In this document: positions 1 to 9,105 of the stretch, piece by piece
How the letters are laid out: the number at the start of each line of letters is the position of its first letter
How positions within the stretch are numbered: the first letter of the stretch is position 1
Assembly (NCBI GenBank): GCA_052147975.1
Contig: JBKQJL010000083.1
Location: 15,892-79,891, forward strand
Origin: Myxococcaceae bacterium
Lineage (GTDB): Bacteria; Myxococcota; Myxococcia; Myxococcales; Myxococcaceae
Direction: 5' to 3'
DNA: 64,000 bases
Translations under genes and position numbers: made by a program
The notes under the pieces: generated by a model
Told to the model about the DNA's origin: nothing
Database searches by the model: none
Seen by the model: the letters and a program-made list of their open reading frames with translations, nothing else

Positions 1-95
1 AGGGTGTGAAAATCCGCATCCTTAAGTCCTCCGTGCAGTCGGTGACGGCCAACGCCGAGGCGCCCAAGGCCGAGGACAAGAAAGAGGAGAAGTGA
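1..95 (+). CDS. yajC: YajC-like preprotein translocase subunit, C-terminal fragment (5' end outside window)
   Basis: An open frame from the window edge ends at TGA 93-95 and reads GVKIRILKSSVQSVTANAEAPKAEDKKEEK. It lies directly upstream of secD-secF, matching the conserved yajC-secDF order. The fragment is too short to be decisive on sequence alone. Confidence 0.45.
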   Translation, partial: GVKIRILKSSVQSVTANAEAPKAEDKKEEK

Positions 96-1861
96 TGGAC
101 CGCAGCTGGTGGCGGAACGTCATCCTCATCCTGGTGGTGACGGCCGGGTCGGTCTGGTACCTGGTCCCGACCTACTACTACTTCTTCGTGATGCCGCGCG
201 CGCAGCGCAATGACATCAAGCTGCTGTCGGAGAAATTGCCGTCGTGGGCCCGCTTTCCCAACCACCGGCTGAACCTGGGGCTCGACTTACAGGGCGGCAT
301 TCACATGGTGCTCCAGGTGGACACCAAGACGGCGCTCCAGAAGCGGGTGGAGCGCCGCGGCCTTCAAATCTCCAACTACCTGCGCGACAAGGGGCTCGCG
401 CCGGTGAGCGTCGAGGCGAACCGGGAGCGGCTTCAGCTCACGGTGGTGGCCAAGGACGCCGCCGAGATGGACGCCATGCAGAAGGAGCTGCAGGGCTTCG
501 AGGACTTCAGCGTCGTCTCCCGGGACGGTGCGAAGCTGGTGCTCGGCTTGAAGGACGCTCAGGTGGCGCGCTTCAAGGAGGAGTCGGTGGACCAGGCGAT
601 GCTCGTCATCCGCCGGCGCATCGACAAGTGGGGCGTGGCCGAAGTGGACGTGCGCAAACTGGGCACCGACTCCATTCAAATCTCGCTTCCCGGCCGGCAG
701 GACCCGGAGCAGGCCAAGGAGCTCATCGGCACCACCGCCCAGCTTGAGTTCCGGATGGTCGATGACGCCAGCCCCTATTTCAAACAGCTCTTCACGGAGA
801 GCCCGCCACCGCCCGGGTCGCAAATTGTGCTCACCCAGTCCGAGGGCTTCGACCAGCTGCAGGGGCCGGAGCGCGAGCCGCTGCTCGTCTACGCACGCTC
901 CAAGACGCCGGCCGGGCGCGAGGTGCTGCTGGAGTGCGTGCCCTCCAAGACGAAGAAGGGCGCCTGCGAGGCCTACCGCACGTACCTGTTGGACAAGACG
1001 GTGCCCCTCACCGGCGAGAGCCTGGCTGGGGCCGATGCCTCGGTGGGGCAGCTCGGGGAATTCGAAGTCAATCTCTCCTTCGACACCCAAGGTGGTCTCG
1101 AATTCGGAAAACTCACCGAGGCCAACGTCGGCAAGCGGATGGCCATTGTCCTCGACGAGAACGTGAATTCCGCGCCGCGCATCAACGAGAAAATTCCCAA
1201 CGGCCGGGCGAGAATTACCCTCGGCCGCGGCGGCAGCAAGTCCTACGCGGAGCAGCGCCAGGAGGCGGAAAACCTCGCCCTGGTGCTGAAGGCCGGGGCG
1301 CTCCCGGCACCGGTGACGGTGGGCGAAATCCGCCAGGTGGGGGCGAGCCTGGGCGACGAGCTCATCCGCAAGGGAAGCCTGGCGGCGGTGGTGGGCTTGG
1401 CCCTGGTGGTCTTCTTCATGGCCCTCTACTACCGAGGCGCCGGGCTCATCGCCGACGCGGCGCTGCTCCTCAACGGCCTGCTCATTCTCGCCGGCCTGGC
1501 GCTCTTCAACGCCACCCTCACGCTGCCCGGCATCGCCGGTTTCGTGCTCACCTTGGGCATCGCGGTCGACGCCAACGTCCTCATCAACGAGCGCATTCGG
1601 GAGGAGCTGTCCCACGGCCGCAGCCCGCGAGCGGCGGTGGACCAGGGGTACGACCGGGCCTTCTGGACCATTTTCGACGCGCACGTCACCACGCTCATTG
1701 CCGGCGTGATTCTGTTGCTCACCGGAACCGGTCCAGTGCGGGGCTTTGCCACCTCTCTCATCATCGGCATTCTGGCCTCGCTCTTCACCTCCATCGTGGT
1801 GACGCGAACCATCACCACCTACCTCGTGCACGGGCGGAACGCCCAGACGGTCTCGGTCTAG
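92..1861 (+). CDS. secD: Protein translocase subunit SecD
   Basis: 589-aa ORF with an N-terminal TM helix, a large periplasmic domain and a C-terminal 6-TM block (LGIAVDANVLINERIREE). It is followed 7 nt later by secF. Confidence 0.93.
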   Translation: MMDRSWWRNVILILVVTAGSVWYLVPTYYYFFVMPRAQRNDIKLLSEKLPSWARFPNHRLNLGLDLQGGIHMVLQVDTKTALQKRVERRGLQISNYLRDKGLAPVSVEANRERLQLTVVAKDAAEMDAMQKELQGFEDFSVVSRDGAKLVLGLKDAQVARFKEESVDQAMLVIRRRIDKWGVAEVDVRKLGTDSIQISLPGRQDPEQAKELIGTTAQLEFRMVDDASPYFKQLFTESPPPPGSQIVLTQSEGFDQLQGPEREPLLVYARSKTPAGREVLLECVPSKTKKGACEAYRTYLLDKTVPLTGESLAGADASVGQLGEFEVNLSFDTQGGLEFGKLTEANVGKRMAIVLDENVNSAPRINEKIPNGRARITLGRGGSKSYAEQRQEAENLALVLKAGALPAPVTVGEIRQVGASLGDELIRKGSLAAVVGLALVVFFMALYYRGAGLIADAALLLNGLLILAGLALFNATLTLPGIAGFVLTLGIAVDANVLINERIREELSHGRSPRAAVDQGYDRAFWTIFDAHVTTLIAGVILLLTGTGPVRGFATSLIIGILASLFTSIVVTRTITTYLVHGRNAQTVSV

Positions 1862-1867
1862 CCAAGC

Positions 1868-3028
1868 ATGCAGATTCTCAAGAAAACGCCCAACATCGAC
1901 TTCATCGGGAAGCGCCGGCCGGCGGTCTTCATCTCCACGGTGCTCAACCTGGCCATCCTGGTGGGCCTCTTCACGGTGGGCTTCAACTTCGGCGTCGACT
2001 TCGCCGGCGGGACGGTGGTGGAGCTGAAATTCAACCACCCCATCCGCGCCGACGAGGTGCGTGCTCGGGCTGAGGCCGCGGGGTTGAAGGACGTCAGCGT
2101 GCAGGGCATTGGGGCGGCCAGCGAGAACAGCTTCCTGTTGCGGCTGGGGGGCACCACCCAGCTCACCGCGGAGAATGCGCAGGCCGTCCTGAAGGCGCTG
2201 CAGGGCATGGGGGGCACCAGCAATTTCTATACGGACGTGGAGAACGGCCTCATCAACTTCCGCAGCACCAGCAAGCTGGCGCCGGAGGTGGTGCGCGCCG
2301 CGGTGGCGGCGGCCGGCCTCGGCGTGAAGGAGGTGCGGGACCTCGGCCCTGCCCAGGGCGGCGGGCAGGACTACCAAATTGTGGCCTCGGGGATGGCGGA
2401 CCGCATTACCCAGGGGCTGGGCCGCGGGCTGGCCACGCCGGACTTCGCCACCCAGCGCATCGACTACGTCGGGCCGCAGGTGGGCAAGGAGCTGCGCAAC
2501 AAGGGCATCGCGGCGCTTCTCTATTCGATGGTGGCCATTCTTCTGTACGTCGCGTTCCGCTTTGACCTCAAGTTCGCACCGGGCGCGGTGCTGGCCATGG
2601 TGCACGACGTCATCATGGTGGCCGGCTACTACTTGGTGACGCGTCGCGAATTCAACCTCACCTCCATCGCCGCGCTGCTCACCGTCACCGGCTACTCCAT
2701 CAACGACACCATCGTCATCTACGACAGAATCCGCGAGGAGATGGCCAAGTACCGCGGCAAACCGCTGCCGGACATCATCAACATCGCGGTGAACGAGACG
2801 CTGTCCCGCACCATCCTCACCTCGGGCGTCACAGCGCTGAGCCTGGTGGGCCTGCTCATTTTCGGGGTGGGAGAAATCTGGGACTTCGCCATGGCCATGC
2901 TGGTGGGCATTGTGGTGGGCACCTATTCCTCGGTGTACATCGCGAGCCCGCTGACCATCTGGATTGACCAGCGCGCGGCGGCGCGGGCGCGCGCCGCCAA
3001 GTCGGCGGGCATCATCCACGCCGGCTGA
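1868..3028 (+). CDS. secF: Protein translocase subunit SecF
   Basis: 386-aa ORF with the SecF hallmarks FNFGVDFAGGTVVE and TGYSINDTIVIYDRIRE. It is adjacent to secD. Confidence 0.93.
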   Translation: MQILKKTPNIDFIGKRRPAVFISTVLNLAILVGLFTVGFNFGVDFAGGTVVELKFNHPIRADEVRARAEAAGLKDVSVQGIGAASENSFLLRLGGTTQLTAENAQAVLKALQGMGGTSNFYTDVENGLINFRSTSKLAPEVVRAAVAAAGLGVKEVRDLGPAQGGGQDYQIVASGMADRITQGLGRGLATPDFATQRIDYVGPQVGKELRNKGIAALLYSMVAILLYVAFRFDLKFAPGAVLAMVHDVIMVAGYYLVTRREFNLTSIAALLTVTGYSINDTIVIYDRIREEMAKYRGKPLPDIINIAVNETLSRTILTSGVTALSLVGLLIFGVGEIWDFAMAMLVGIVVGTYSSVYIASPLTIWIDQRAAARARAAKSAGIIHAG

Positions 3029-3324
3029 AAGAAGGCGCTGGCCTTGGGTGCGCTGTCCTGCCCGGGCGAAGCCCAGCTTCTGGACGAGTTGCTTTTGAGC
3101 GCAGGTTGTCCCGCAACCATGGCGGCTTCCACCGCTGGGGCGTTGGGCAGCAGCGCCCGCGCGGCCTCGGTGGTGAGCTGCTGGCGACGCGCCACGCCCA
3201 CCCGGCCTCCAGTGCCAAACACACGCGGGCTGCACACGCGAGGAATGCCAATTCCGCTGAGGGTGGGGCCTGTCAGACCAATTGGCTAACTCTAGCCCGG
3301 TAGAAGGAGAGGACGTCCCCTCAA

Positions 3325-5034
3325 CTGCGCTGGATTCTGCCGAGTCTCGACCATGCCTCTGCCGAGCGCCTGGCGGCTGCGCTCAGCGTTGACCGCCTGG
3401 CAGCACGCGTGCTGGTGGCGCGCGGGCTCGCGGACCCGGAGACGGCGGCGCAATTCCTCGCGGACGGCCTGTCGGACTTGCCCGACCCCTTCCTCATGCG
3501 TGGCATGCGCGCCGCGGTGGAGCGCCTGGTGCGGGCGGTGCAGCGTCGGGAGCGGGTGACGCTGTACGGCGACTACGACGTGGACGGCGTCTGCAGCACG
3601 GCGCTCATGTCGCTCTTCCTCGAGGAGTGCGGGGCGCAGGTGGCGACATCCATTCCGCACCGCATTCGCGACGGCTACGGCCTCAACCGGGCAGCGGCGG
3701 AGCGCATTGCCGGTGACGGGACGGCGGTGCTGGTGACGCTCGACTGCGGCATTACCGCCGCGGCCGAGGTGGGCCGGGCGCGGGACTTGGGGCTGGACGT
3801 GGTGGTGGTGGACCACCACACGGTGCCGGCGGTGTTGCCTCCGGCGCTGGCCGTCCTCAACCCCCACCAGGAGGGCTGCGGCTACCCCACCCGGCACCTG
3901 TGTGCAGCCGGCGTGGCCTTCACCCTGTGCATGGCCCTGCGCAAAGGGCTGCGCGAGGTGGGGCACTTCGCGCTGCGGCCCGAGCCCAACCTCAAGGCGT
4001 TGCTGGACTTGGTGGCGCTGGCCACGGTGGCCGATGTGGTGCCCCTCACCGGCGTCAACCGGGTGCTGGTGAAGCACGGGCTGCTGGCGCTCTCCCGCGC
4101 GGCACGCCCGGGCATCCGCGCCCTCAAGGAGGCGGCTGGACTCGGCGCCGAGCAGCCGGTGACGAGTGGCCTCGTCGGCTTTCGGCTGGGCCCCAGAATT
4201 AATGCGGCCGGTCGGCTCGACGACGCCGCGCTCGGGCTGCGGCTGTTGCGCGCCACCACCCTCGAGGAGGCGCGGCCGCTGGCCCACGCGCTGGACGTGG
4301 CCAACCAGGAGCGGCAACTCATTGAGCAGCGCATTCTCGGCGCGGCGCTGGGGCAGGCCGAGAGCCAAGGGGCCGCCCGGGGCCTGGTGTTGTGGGGCGA
4401 GGACTGGCACGCCGGGGTGGTCGGCATCGTCGCCGCCCGGGTGGTGGAGCGGCTCCATCGGCCAACGGTGGTGGTGGCGGTGGAGGCGGGGCAGGGCAAG
4501 GGCAGCGCGCGCAGCATTGAGCGCTTCCACCTGGTGGAGGCGCTGCAGGGCTGCGCCGAGCACCTGGTGCGCTATGGCGGGCACCGCGCCGCCGCGGGCG
4601 TGACGGTGGAGGGGCACCGGCTGCCGGCCTTTCGCGAGGCCTTTGGCCGCGTGGCGGCCCAGCTGCTCAGCGCGGAGGACCTCGAGCCCCGTTGCCGGGT
4701 GGACGCGGTGGTGGAGCCCGAGGAGTTGACGGAGCGGGCGGTGGAGGGCCTCTCGGTGCTGGGCCCCTTCGGCCAAGGCAACCCCGAGCCCCTGCTTGCC
4801 GCCCGGGGCCTTCGGGCGCGCTCCAGGGTGCTGCAGAGCAAGCGCGGTGGGGCGGGGCACCTCAAGCTGTCGCTGCCCGAGGCGCCGCGGCTGGACGCCA
4901 TTGGCTTCGGCATGGCGGAACGGGCCGGCGAGACGGACGGCCGGGTGGACCTCGCCTTCCAGGCGACGGTGGACGAGTACCGCGGCCAGCGGCGGGTGGC
5001 CCTCAAGCTGAAGGACCTCCGGGCGGCTTCCTAG
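3325..5034 (+). CDS. recJ: Single-stranded-DNA-specific exonuclease RecJ
   Basis: DHH motifs are present (LYGDYDVDGVCS, VTLDCG, VVVDHH), as is DHHA1 (GGHRAAAG). The track ORF starts at GTG 3409. However, the same frame is open from the stop at 3301 and encodes a RecJ-like N-terminus (LRWILPSLDHASAERLAAALSVDRLAARVL) after an AAGGAGAGG Shine-Dalgarno at 3304-3312. A non-ATG start near 3325 (CTG) is therefore likely, and the exact start is uncertain. Confidence 0.88.
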   Translation: MRWILPSLDHASAERLAAALSVDRLAARVLVARGLADPETAAQFLADGLSDLPDPFLMRGMRAAVERLVRAVQRRERVTLYGDYDVDGVCSTALMSLFLEECGAQVATSIPHRIRDGYGLNRAAAERIAGDGTAVLVTLDCGITAAAEVGRARDLGLDVVVVDHHTVPAVLPPALAVLNPHQEGCGYPTRHLCAAGVAFTLCMALRKGLREVGHFALRPEPNLKALLDLVALATVADVVPLTGVNRVLVKHGLLALSRAARPGIRALKEAAGLGAEQPVTSGLVGFRLGPRINAAGRLDDAALGLRLLRATTLEEARPLAHALDVANQERQLIEQRILGAALGQAESQGAARGLVLWGEDWHAGVVGIVAARVVERLHRPTVVVAVEAGQGKGSARSIERFHLVEALQGCAEHLVRYGGHRAAAGVTVEGHRLPAFREAFGRVAAQLLSAEDLEPRCRVDAVVEPEELTERAVEGLSVLGPFGQGNPEPLLAARGLRARSRVLQSKRGGAGHLKLSLPEAPRLDAIGFGMAERAGETDGRVDLAFQATVDEYRGQRRVALKLKDLRAAS

Positions 5035-5055
5035 GGCACTTCAAGCTCGTCTAAG

Positions 5056-6888
5056 GTGCGCCGCCCAATGTCCGTCCCGTTCATCACGCACGTGAAGCGC
5101 ACCCACAGCTGCGGCCAGTTGACGGCCGCCAACGTGGGCCAGGAAGTCGTCCTCTTCGGCTGGGTGCAAAACCGGCGCGACCACGGCGGCGCCGTCTTCA
5201 TCGACTTGCGGGACCGGGAGGGGCTGACGCAGGTGGTCTTCGAGCCAGACATCAACGTCGAGGCGCATGCCCAGGCGGGCGCGCTGCGGCTCGAGTACTG
5301 CATCGGCATCCAGGGCAAGGTGGCGTCCCGCGGCGCCAACATCAACCCGAAAATGCGCACCGGGGAAATTGAGGTGCGGGCCACCGCGCTCAGCATTTTC
5401 AACCGCAGCGAGCCGGTGCCCTTCGCCATTGAGGACAGCGTCGACACCACCGAGGAGAAGCGGCTGGCCTACCGTTACCTGGACCTCCGCCGGCGTCCGC
5501 TGCAGAACACGCTGGTGCAGCGCAGCCGCATCAACACCCTCACCCGCCAGTACCTGGTGGAGCAGGGCTTTCTGGAGTTGGAGACGCCCTTCCTCGGCCG
5601 CTACACCCCGGGCGGTGCCCGCAACTTCCTCGTCCCGAGCCGCACCAACCCCGGGAAATTTTACGCGCTGGCCGAGAGTCCCCAGCTGTACAAGCAGCTC
5701 TTCATGGTGGGCGGCTTCGACCGCTATTTCCAAATCGTGAAGTGCTTCCGGGACGAGGGCGTCCGCGTCGACCGCCAGCCGGAATTCACCCAGGTCGACT
5801 TGGAGATGAGCTTCGTCGCCCAGGAGGACGTCTTCGCCGTCATCGAAGGCCTGCTTCAGAAGCTGTGGAAGGAGGCCCTCGGGCTGGAGGTGAAGACGCC
5901 TTTTCGCCGGCTCCCGTACGAGGAGTCCATGCGGCGCTACGGCAATGACAAACCAGACTTGCGCTTCGGCCTGGAGCACGTCGAGCTCACCGAGCTGGTG
6001 CGCAGCCGGGGCCCCCAGGGCGGGGTGCCCATGCTGTGGGAGGCCGTCGAGCAGGGGGGCATGGTGAAGGCCATGGTGCTTCCGGCGGCCCAGGCGCTGA
6101 GCCGGGCCGAGTCGGACAAGCTGGAGGAGTTTGCCAAAGGCAGCGGGGCGCGCGGGCTGGCCAGGGCCAAGGTGGGCGAGAGCGGCGAATGGACGCAGTC
6201 GCCGCTGGCCAAAACCATCTCCGCCGAGCTGCGGCTGGCCATCAACCAGGCCTGCGGGGCCAAGGCTGGGGACTTATTGCTCTTCCAATTCGGCCGCGAG
6301 GCGCTGGTGCAAACCGTCATGGCCAACCTCCGGGTGCACCTGGCCAAAAAGCTGGGCCTCATTCCGGAGGTGGGCAGTGGCGGGCGCTGGGAGTTTTTGT
6401 GGGTGGTGGACCCGCCGCTCTTCGAGTGGGACGAGGAAGCGCGAAAATGGGTGGCCGCCCACCACGCCTTCACCCGGCCCCACGACGAGGACCTCCCCTT
6501 CCTCACCTCGGACCCAGGCCGGGTGAAGTGTCACCGCTACGACGTCGTCCTCAACGGCTTCGAGATTGGCGGCGGCAGCATCCGGCTGCATGACCCGAAA
6601 GTGCAGGCCGAGGTGTTTTCCGCCTTGGGCATTCCCGAGGAGGAGGCGCGCGAGAAGTTTGGCTTCCTGCTCGACGCGCTCAAGTACGGCGCGCCGCCGC
6701 ACGGCGGAATTGCCCTGGGCATGGACCGACTGGTGATGCTGGCCACCGGGGCCGAGTCGCTGCGAGACGTCATTCCTTTCCCCAAGACGAAAACCGGGGC
6801 GGACCTCATGACTGGAGCGCCGGGCGACGTGGACGAGCGCCAACTGGCCGAGCTGCACGTGCGCACGGTGCACCCGCCGAAGCCCTAG
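5056..6888 (+). CDS. aspS: Aspartate--tRNA ligase
   Basis: 610-aa ORF with an OB anticodon-binding N-terminus. Class II motifs are present (FQIVKCFRDE, HHAFTRP, GGGSIRLH, GIALGMDRL). The start could be GTG 5056 or ATG 5068. Confidence 0.95.
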   Translation: MRRPMSVPFITHVKRTHSCGQLTAANVGQEVVLFGWVQNRRDHGGAVFIDLRDREGLTQVVFEPDINVEAHAQAGALRLEYCIGIQGKVASRGANINPKMRTGEIEVRATALSIFNRSEPVPFAIEDSVDTTEEKRLAYRYLDLRRRPLQNTLVQRSRINTLTRQYLVEQGFLELETPFLGRYTPGGARNFLVPSRTNPGKFYALAESPQLYKQLFMVGGFDRYFQIVKCFRDEGVRVDRQPEFTQVDLEMSFVAQEDVFAVIEGLLQKLWKEALGLEVKTPFRRLPYEESMRRYGNDKPDLRFGLEHVELTELVRSRGPQGGVPMLWEAVEQGGMVKAMVLPAAQALSRAESDKLEEFAKGSGARGLARAKVGESGEWTQSPLAKTISAELRLAINQACGAKAGDLLLFQFGREALVQTVMANLRVHLAKKLGLIPEVGSGGRWEFLWVVDPPLFEWDEEARKWVAAHHAFTRPHDEDLPFLTSDPGRVKCHRYDVVLNGFEIGGGSIRLHDPKVQAEVFSALGIPEEEAREKFGFLLDALKYGAPPHGGIALGMDRLVMLATGAESLRDVIPFPKTKTGADLMTGAPGDVDERQLAELHVRTVHPPKP

Positions 6889-7112
6889 CCAAGCGAAGGC
6901 CAGCTCCCCCAGAAGGGCTTGAAGGGCGGCCGGTGCGCTGGCCGCAGCGGCCCCGGCACGGTTTCAGCTCCGGTCGGCGGCGGTCGTTTCGGCACTGGCG
7001 GGCGATGCGGGGTCCCTCCTGAGGGGAAGGGCCAGCGACGTCGGCTTGGGCCTCGGGGTGTAGGCCGCCTTCAGCAGCTTGGCCCCGCGGGCTGGAGGCA
7101 CCCGCTCCGGGG

Positions 7113-7538
7113 CTAGATGCGGGCAAAGACGCCGCTGGCGGTGGCCTCCGGGTCGTCCAACAGCTGCCGCACCAGCGCTCGCAGCCGAGACAGCTCGAAG
7201 GGTTTGACGAGCATCGCCGCGCGCAGCGCCCGCGCGCGCTCTTCATCGTCCTTCTCGCTGAAGGCGCCCATCAACACCACCGCCGCCCCCGGCTCCTGGA
7301 CGCGAATCTCCTCGCAAGCGGCCAGCCCGCCCCGGTTGGGCATGGCGAGGTCGCTCACCACCACCGTCCGTCCGGCGCGCTCTCTGGGCAGGCCGGCGTG
7401 GGCCAGGACGAGCTCATCGCCGTTGCTGGTGGCGATGACGCGGTGGCCGTCTTTGGAAAGCAGCGAGGAGAGGAGAATGCGGAGGGCCTGGTCATCCTCG
7501 GCCAGGAGGACCCAGCCGGTCTGCAGTGCGGTGCCCAT
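7113..7538 (-). CDS. Single-domain response regulator (receiver domain)
   Basis: 141-aa ORF. It has the LLAEDD acidic pocket, a phospho-acceptor-like SDLAMP and a conserved K in LVKPF. Confidence 0.8.
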   Translation of the reverse strand: MGTALQTGWVLLAEDDQALRILLSSLLSKDGHRVIATSNGDELVLAHAGLPRERAGRTVVVSDLAMPNRGGLAACEEIRVQEPGAAVVLMGAFSEKDDEERARALRAAMLVKPFELSRLRALVRQLLDDPEATASGVFARI

Positions 7539-7671
7539 CTCGGAAAAGTGTCGAGGCCAAACTTAGCCTCGTGCGGCGTCCTCTGTCTTCGCCACCCCAC
7601 GACGCAGCGTTCCAGCCGTTCTGTGGTGACCTTTCCAACCCCCCTGGAGGAGACTCGCGCCCGGCCAAGCC

Positions 7672-8589
7672 ATGCGCACCTTTCTCGTGGTGAATCCCCG
7701 AAGTGGCAACGGAGACACGGGGCGGCGCTGGCCGGACATTCTGGCGGCGGCGTGCGGCAGCATGGGGGAGGTGGGCTCGGCCTTCACCGAGTCCCCCCTA
7801 CACGCTGCCCAGCTGACGGCGCGGGCGCTCGCCGACGGCTACCAATGCATTGTCGCGGTGGGTGGAGACGGCACCCTCAACGAGGTGGTGAATGGCTTCT
7901 TCCAGGTGCCGGGGGGGCCTCCCACGGGGGCCACGCTGGCCGTCATTCCCCGGGGGACAGGGGGAGACTTCCGCCGCACCTTTGGCTGGTCGACCAGTCT
8001 GCGCAGCGCCTGTGCGCGCATCTGCGCCGGGCAGACACGCCCTTTGGACGTCGGGCGGGTGGCCTTCTTGGACGCGCAAGGGCGCGCCCAGCAGCGCTAC
8101 TTCGTCAATGTCGTCTCCTTCGGGGTGAGCGGCCAGGTGGACAAGGAAGTCAACCAGGCCAGCAAAGGCTTGGGAGGCAAAGCCACCTTCTTCCTCGCCT
8201 CGGTGAAAGCCATGTGGCGCTTTCGCGACCAGCCCATTCGGCTGCGCGCCGACGGAGGGAAGTGGGAGGCGTTGAGCATCACCACCGTGGCGGTGGCCAA
8301 CTGTCAGTACTTCGGCGGCGGCATGCGCGTCGCGCCCACCGCCGACCCCAGCGACGGCCACTTCGACGTCACGGTGTGGAGCGGCTACACGCTGAAGGAC
8401 TTCGCCCTGCAATCGCGGCGCATTTACGATGGCACCCACGTGCAGCTGGCCGGCACTCGGACGTTTCGGGCCAGCCTGCTCGAGGCCGAAAGCGCCGAGG
8501 AGGTGCTGCTGGACGTGGACGGCGAGCAGCCCGGACGTCTCCCGGTGCGGGTGGAGCTCCTCCCCTCGGCGCTGCGGCTGCAGGGGTAG
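7672..8589 (+). CDS. Diacylglycerol/lipid kinase family protein (YegS/BmrU-like)
   Basis: 305-aa ORF with a DAGK catalytic-domain signature (FLVVNPRSGNG, VAVGGDGTLNEVVNG). Confidence 0.85.
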   Translation: MRTFLVVNPRSGNGDTGRRWPDILAAACGSMGEVGSAFTESPLHAAQLTARALADGYQCIVAVGGDGTLNEVVNGFFQVPGGPPTGATLAVIPRGTGGDFRRTFGWSTSLRSACARICAGQTRPLDVGRVAFLDAQGRAQQRYFVNVVSFGVSGQVDKEVNQASKGLGGKATFFLASVKAMWRFRDQPIRLRADGGKWEALSITTVAVANCQYFGGGMRVAPTADPSDGHFDVTVWSGYTLKDFALQSRRIYDGTHVQLAGTRTFRASLLEAESAEEVLLDVDGEQPGRLPVRVELLPSALRLQG

Positions 8590-9105
8590 GGGCGGGCGTC
8601 TCTGTCGGGCCGTTACCCACTTTCGCCGACGCGGAGCGTCACGAAGAAGTCACAAAAGCTAAGAATTTCAGTTATTTGTGGCCAAACTGTGCTGGCCGAG
8701 CTTCCGCCGCGACTGTACTGAATGGGCAGCCTCGCGCAGGAGAGCCAGCGTCGAATGGAAAGCGGCGGCTGGCCCAAGGGACTGCCCCATCTCGGGGTGG
8801 CGCTCCTGGTGTTCGAGGCCAATGGCCATGCAGAGCATTCTCGACGAGACGCAGGACATAGAGCTTCTTCTGGCCACGGCGCTCACCGCCTGTGGCTACG
8901 TGATTGGGGCGGCGGTGTTTTTGGCCGCCCTGCTGTAGACGCCCCACCCCGCGCTTCCTCTCGCCCGCCCGGGTGCGCTTACCCCCCTTAGAAAGCGGGA
9001 GGGAGCCGTCCGCGGAGGGGGGTGGGAGGGGCGGCCCGGGGCCCTGGGCGAAGCTGTCGCCTGGAGGCGGGCACGTGGGAGGGGAGGGCGCCACTGTCCC
9101 TCGCC

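Noticed and set aside
287-3235. 982-aa ORF antisense to secD-secF
   Set aside because: Arg/Gly/Ala/His-rich low-complexity translation opposite two confidently identified genes. This is the usual stop-codon-poor antisense frame of high-GC DNA.
3029-3324. Approximately 300-bp gap between secF and recJ with short ORFs on both strands (for example 3044-3289, 2923-3237)
   Set aside because: The translations are compositionally biased and carry no motif. Part of the gap is probably the real recJ 5' end and promoter. A small RNA cannot be excluded, but nothing supports one.
8828-8938. 36-aa hydrophobic mini-ORF (MQSILDETQDIELLLATALTACGYVIGAAVFLAALL) in the 516-bp gap between the lipid kinase and the SNF2 gene
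   Set aside because: There is no convincing ribosome-binding site and no family that I recognise. It could be a small membrane peptide, but that cannot be supported from sequence alone.
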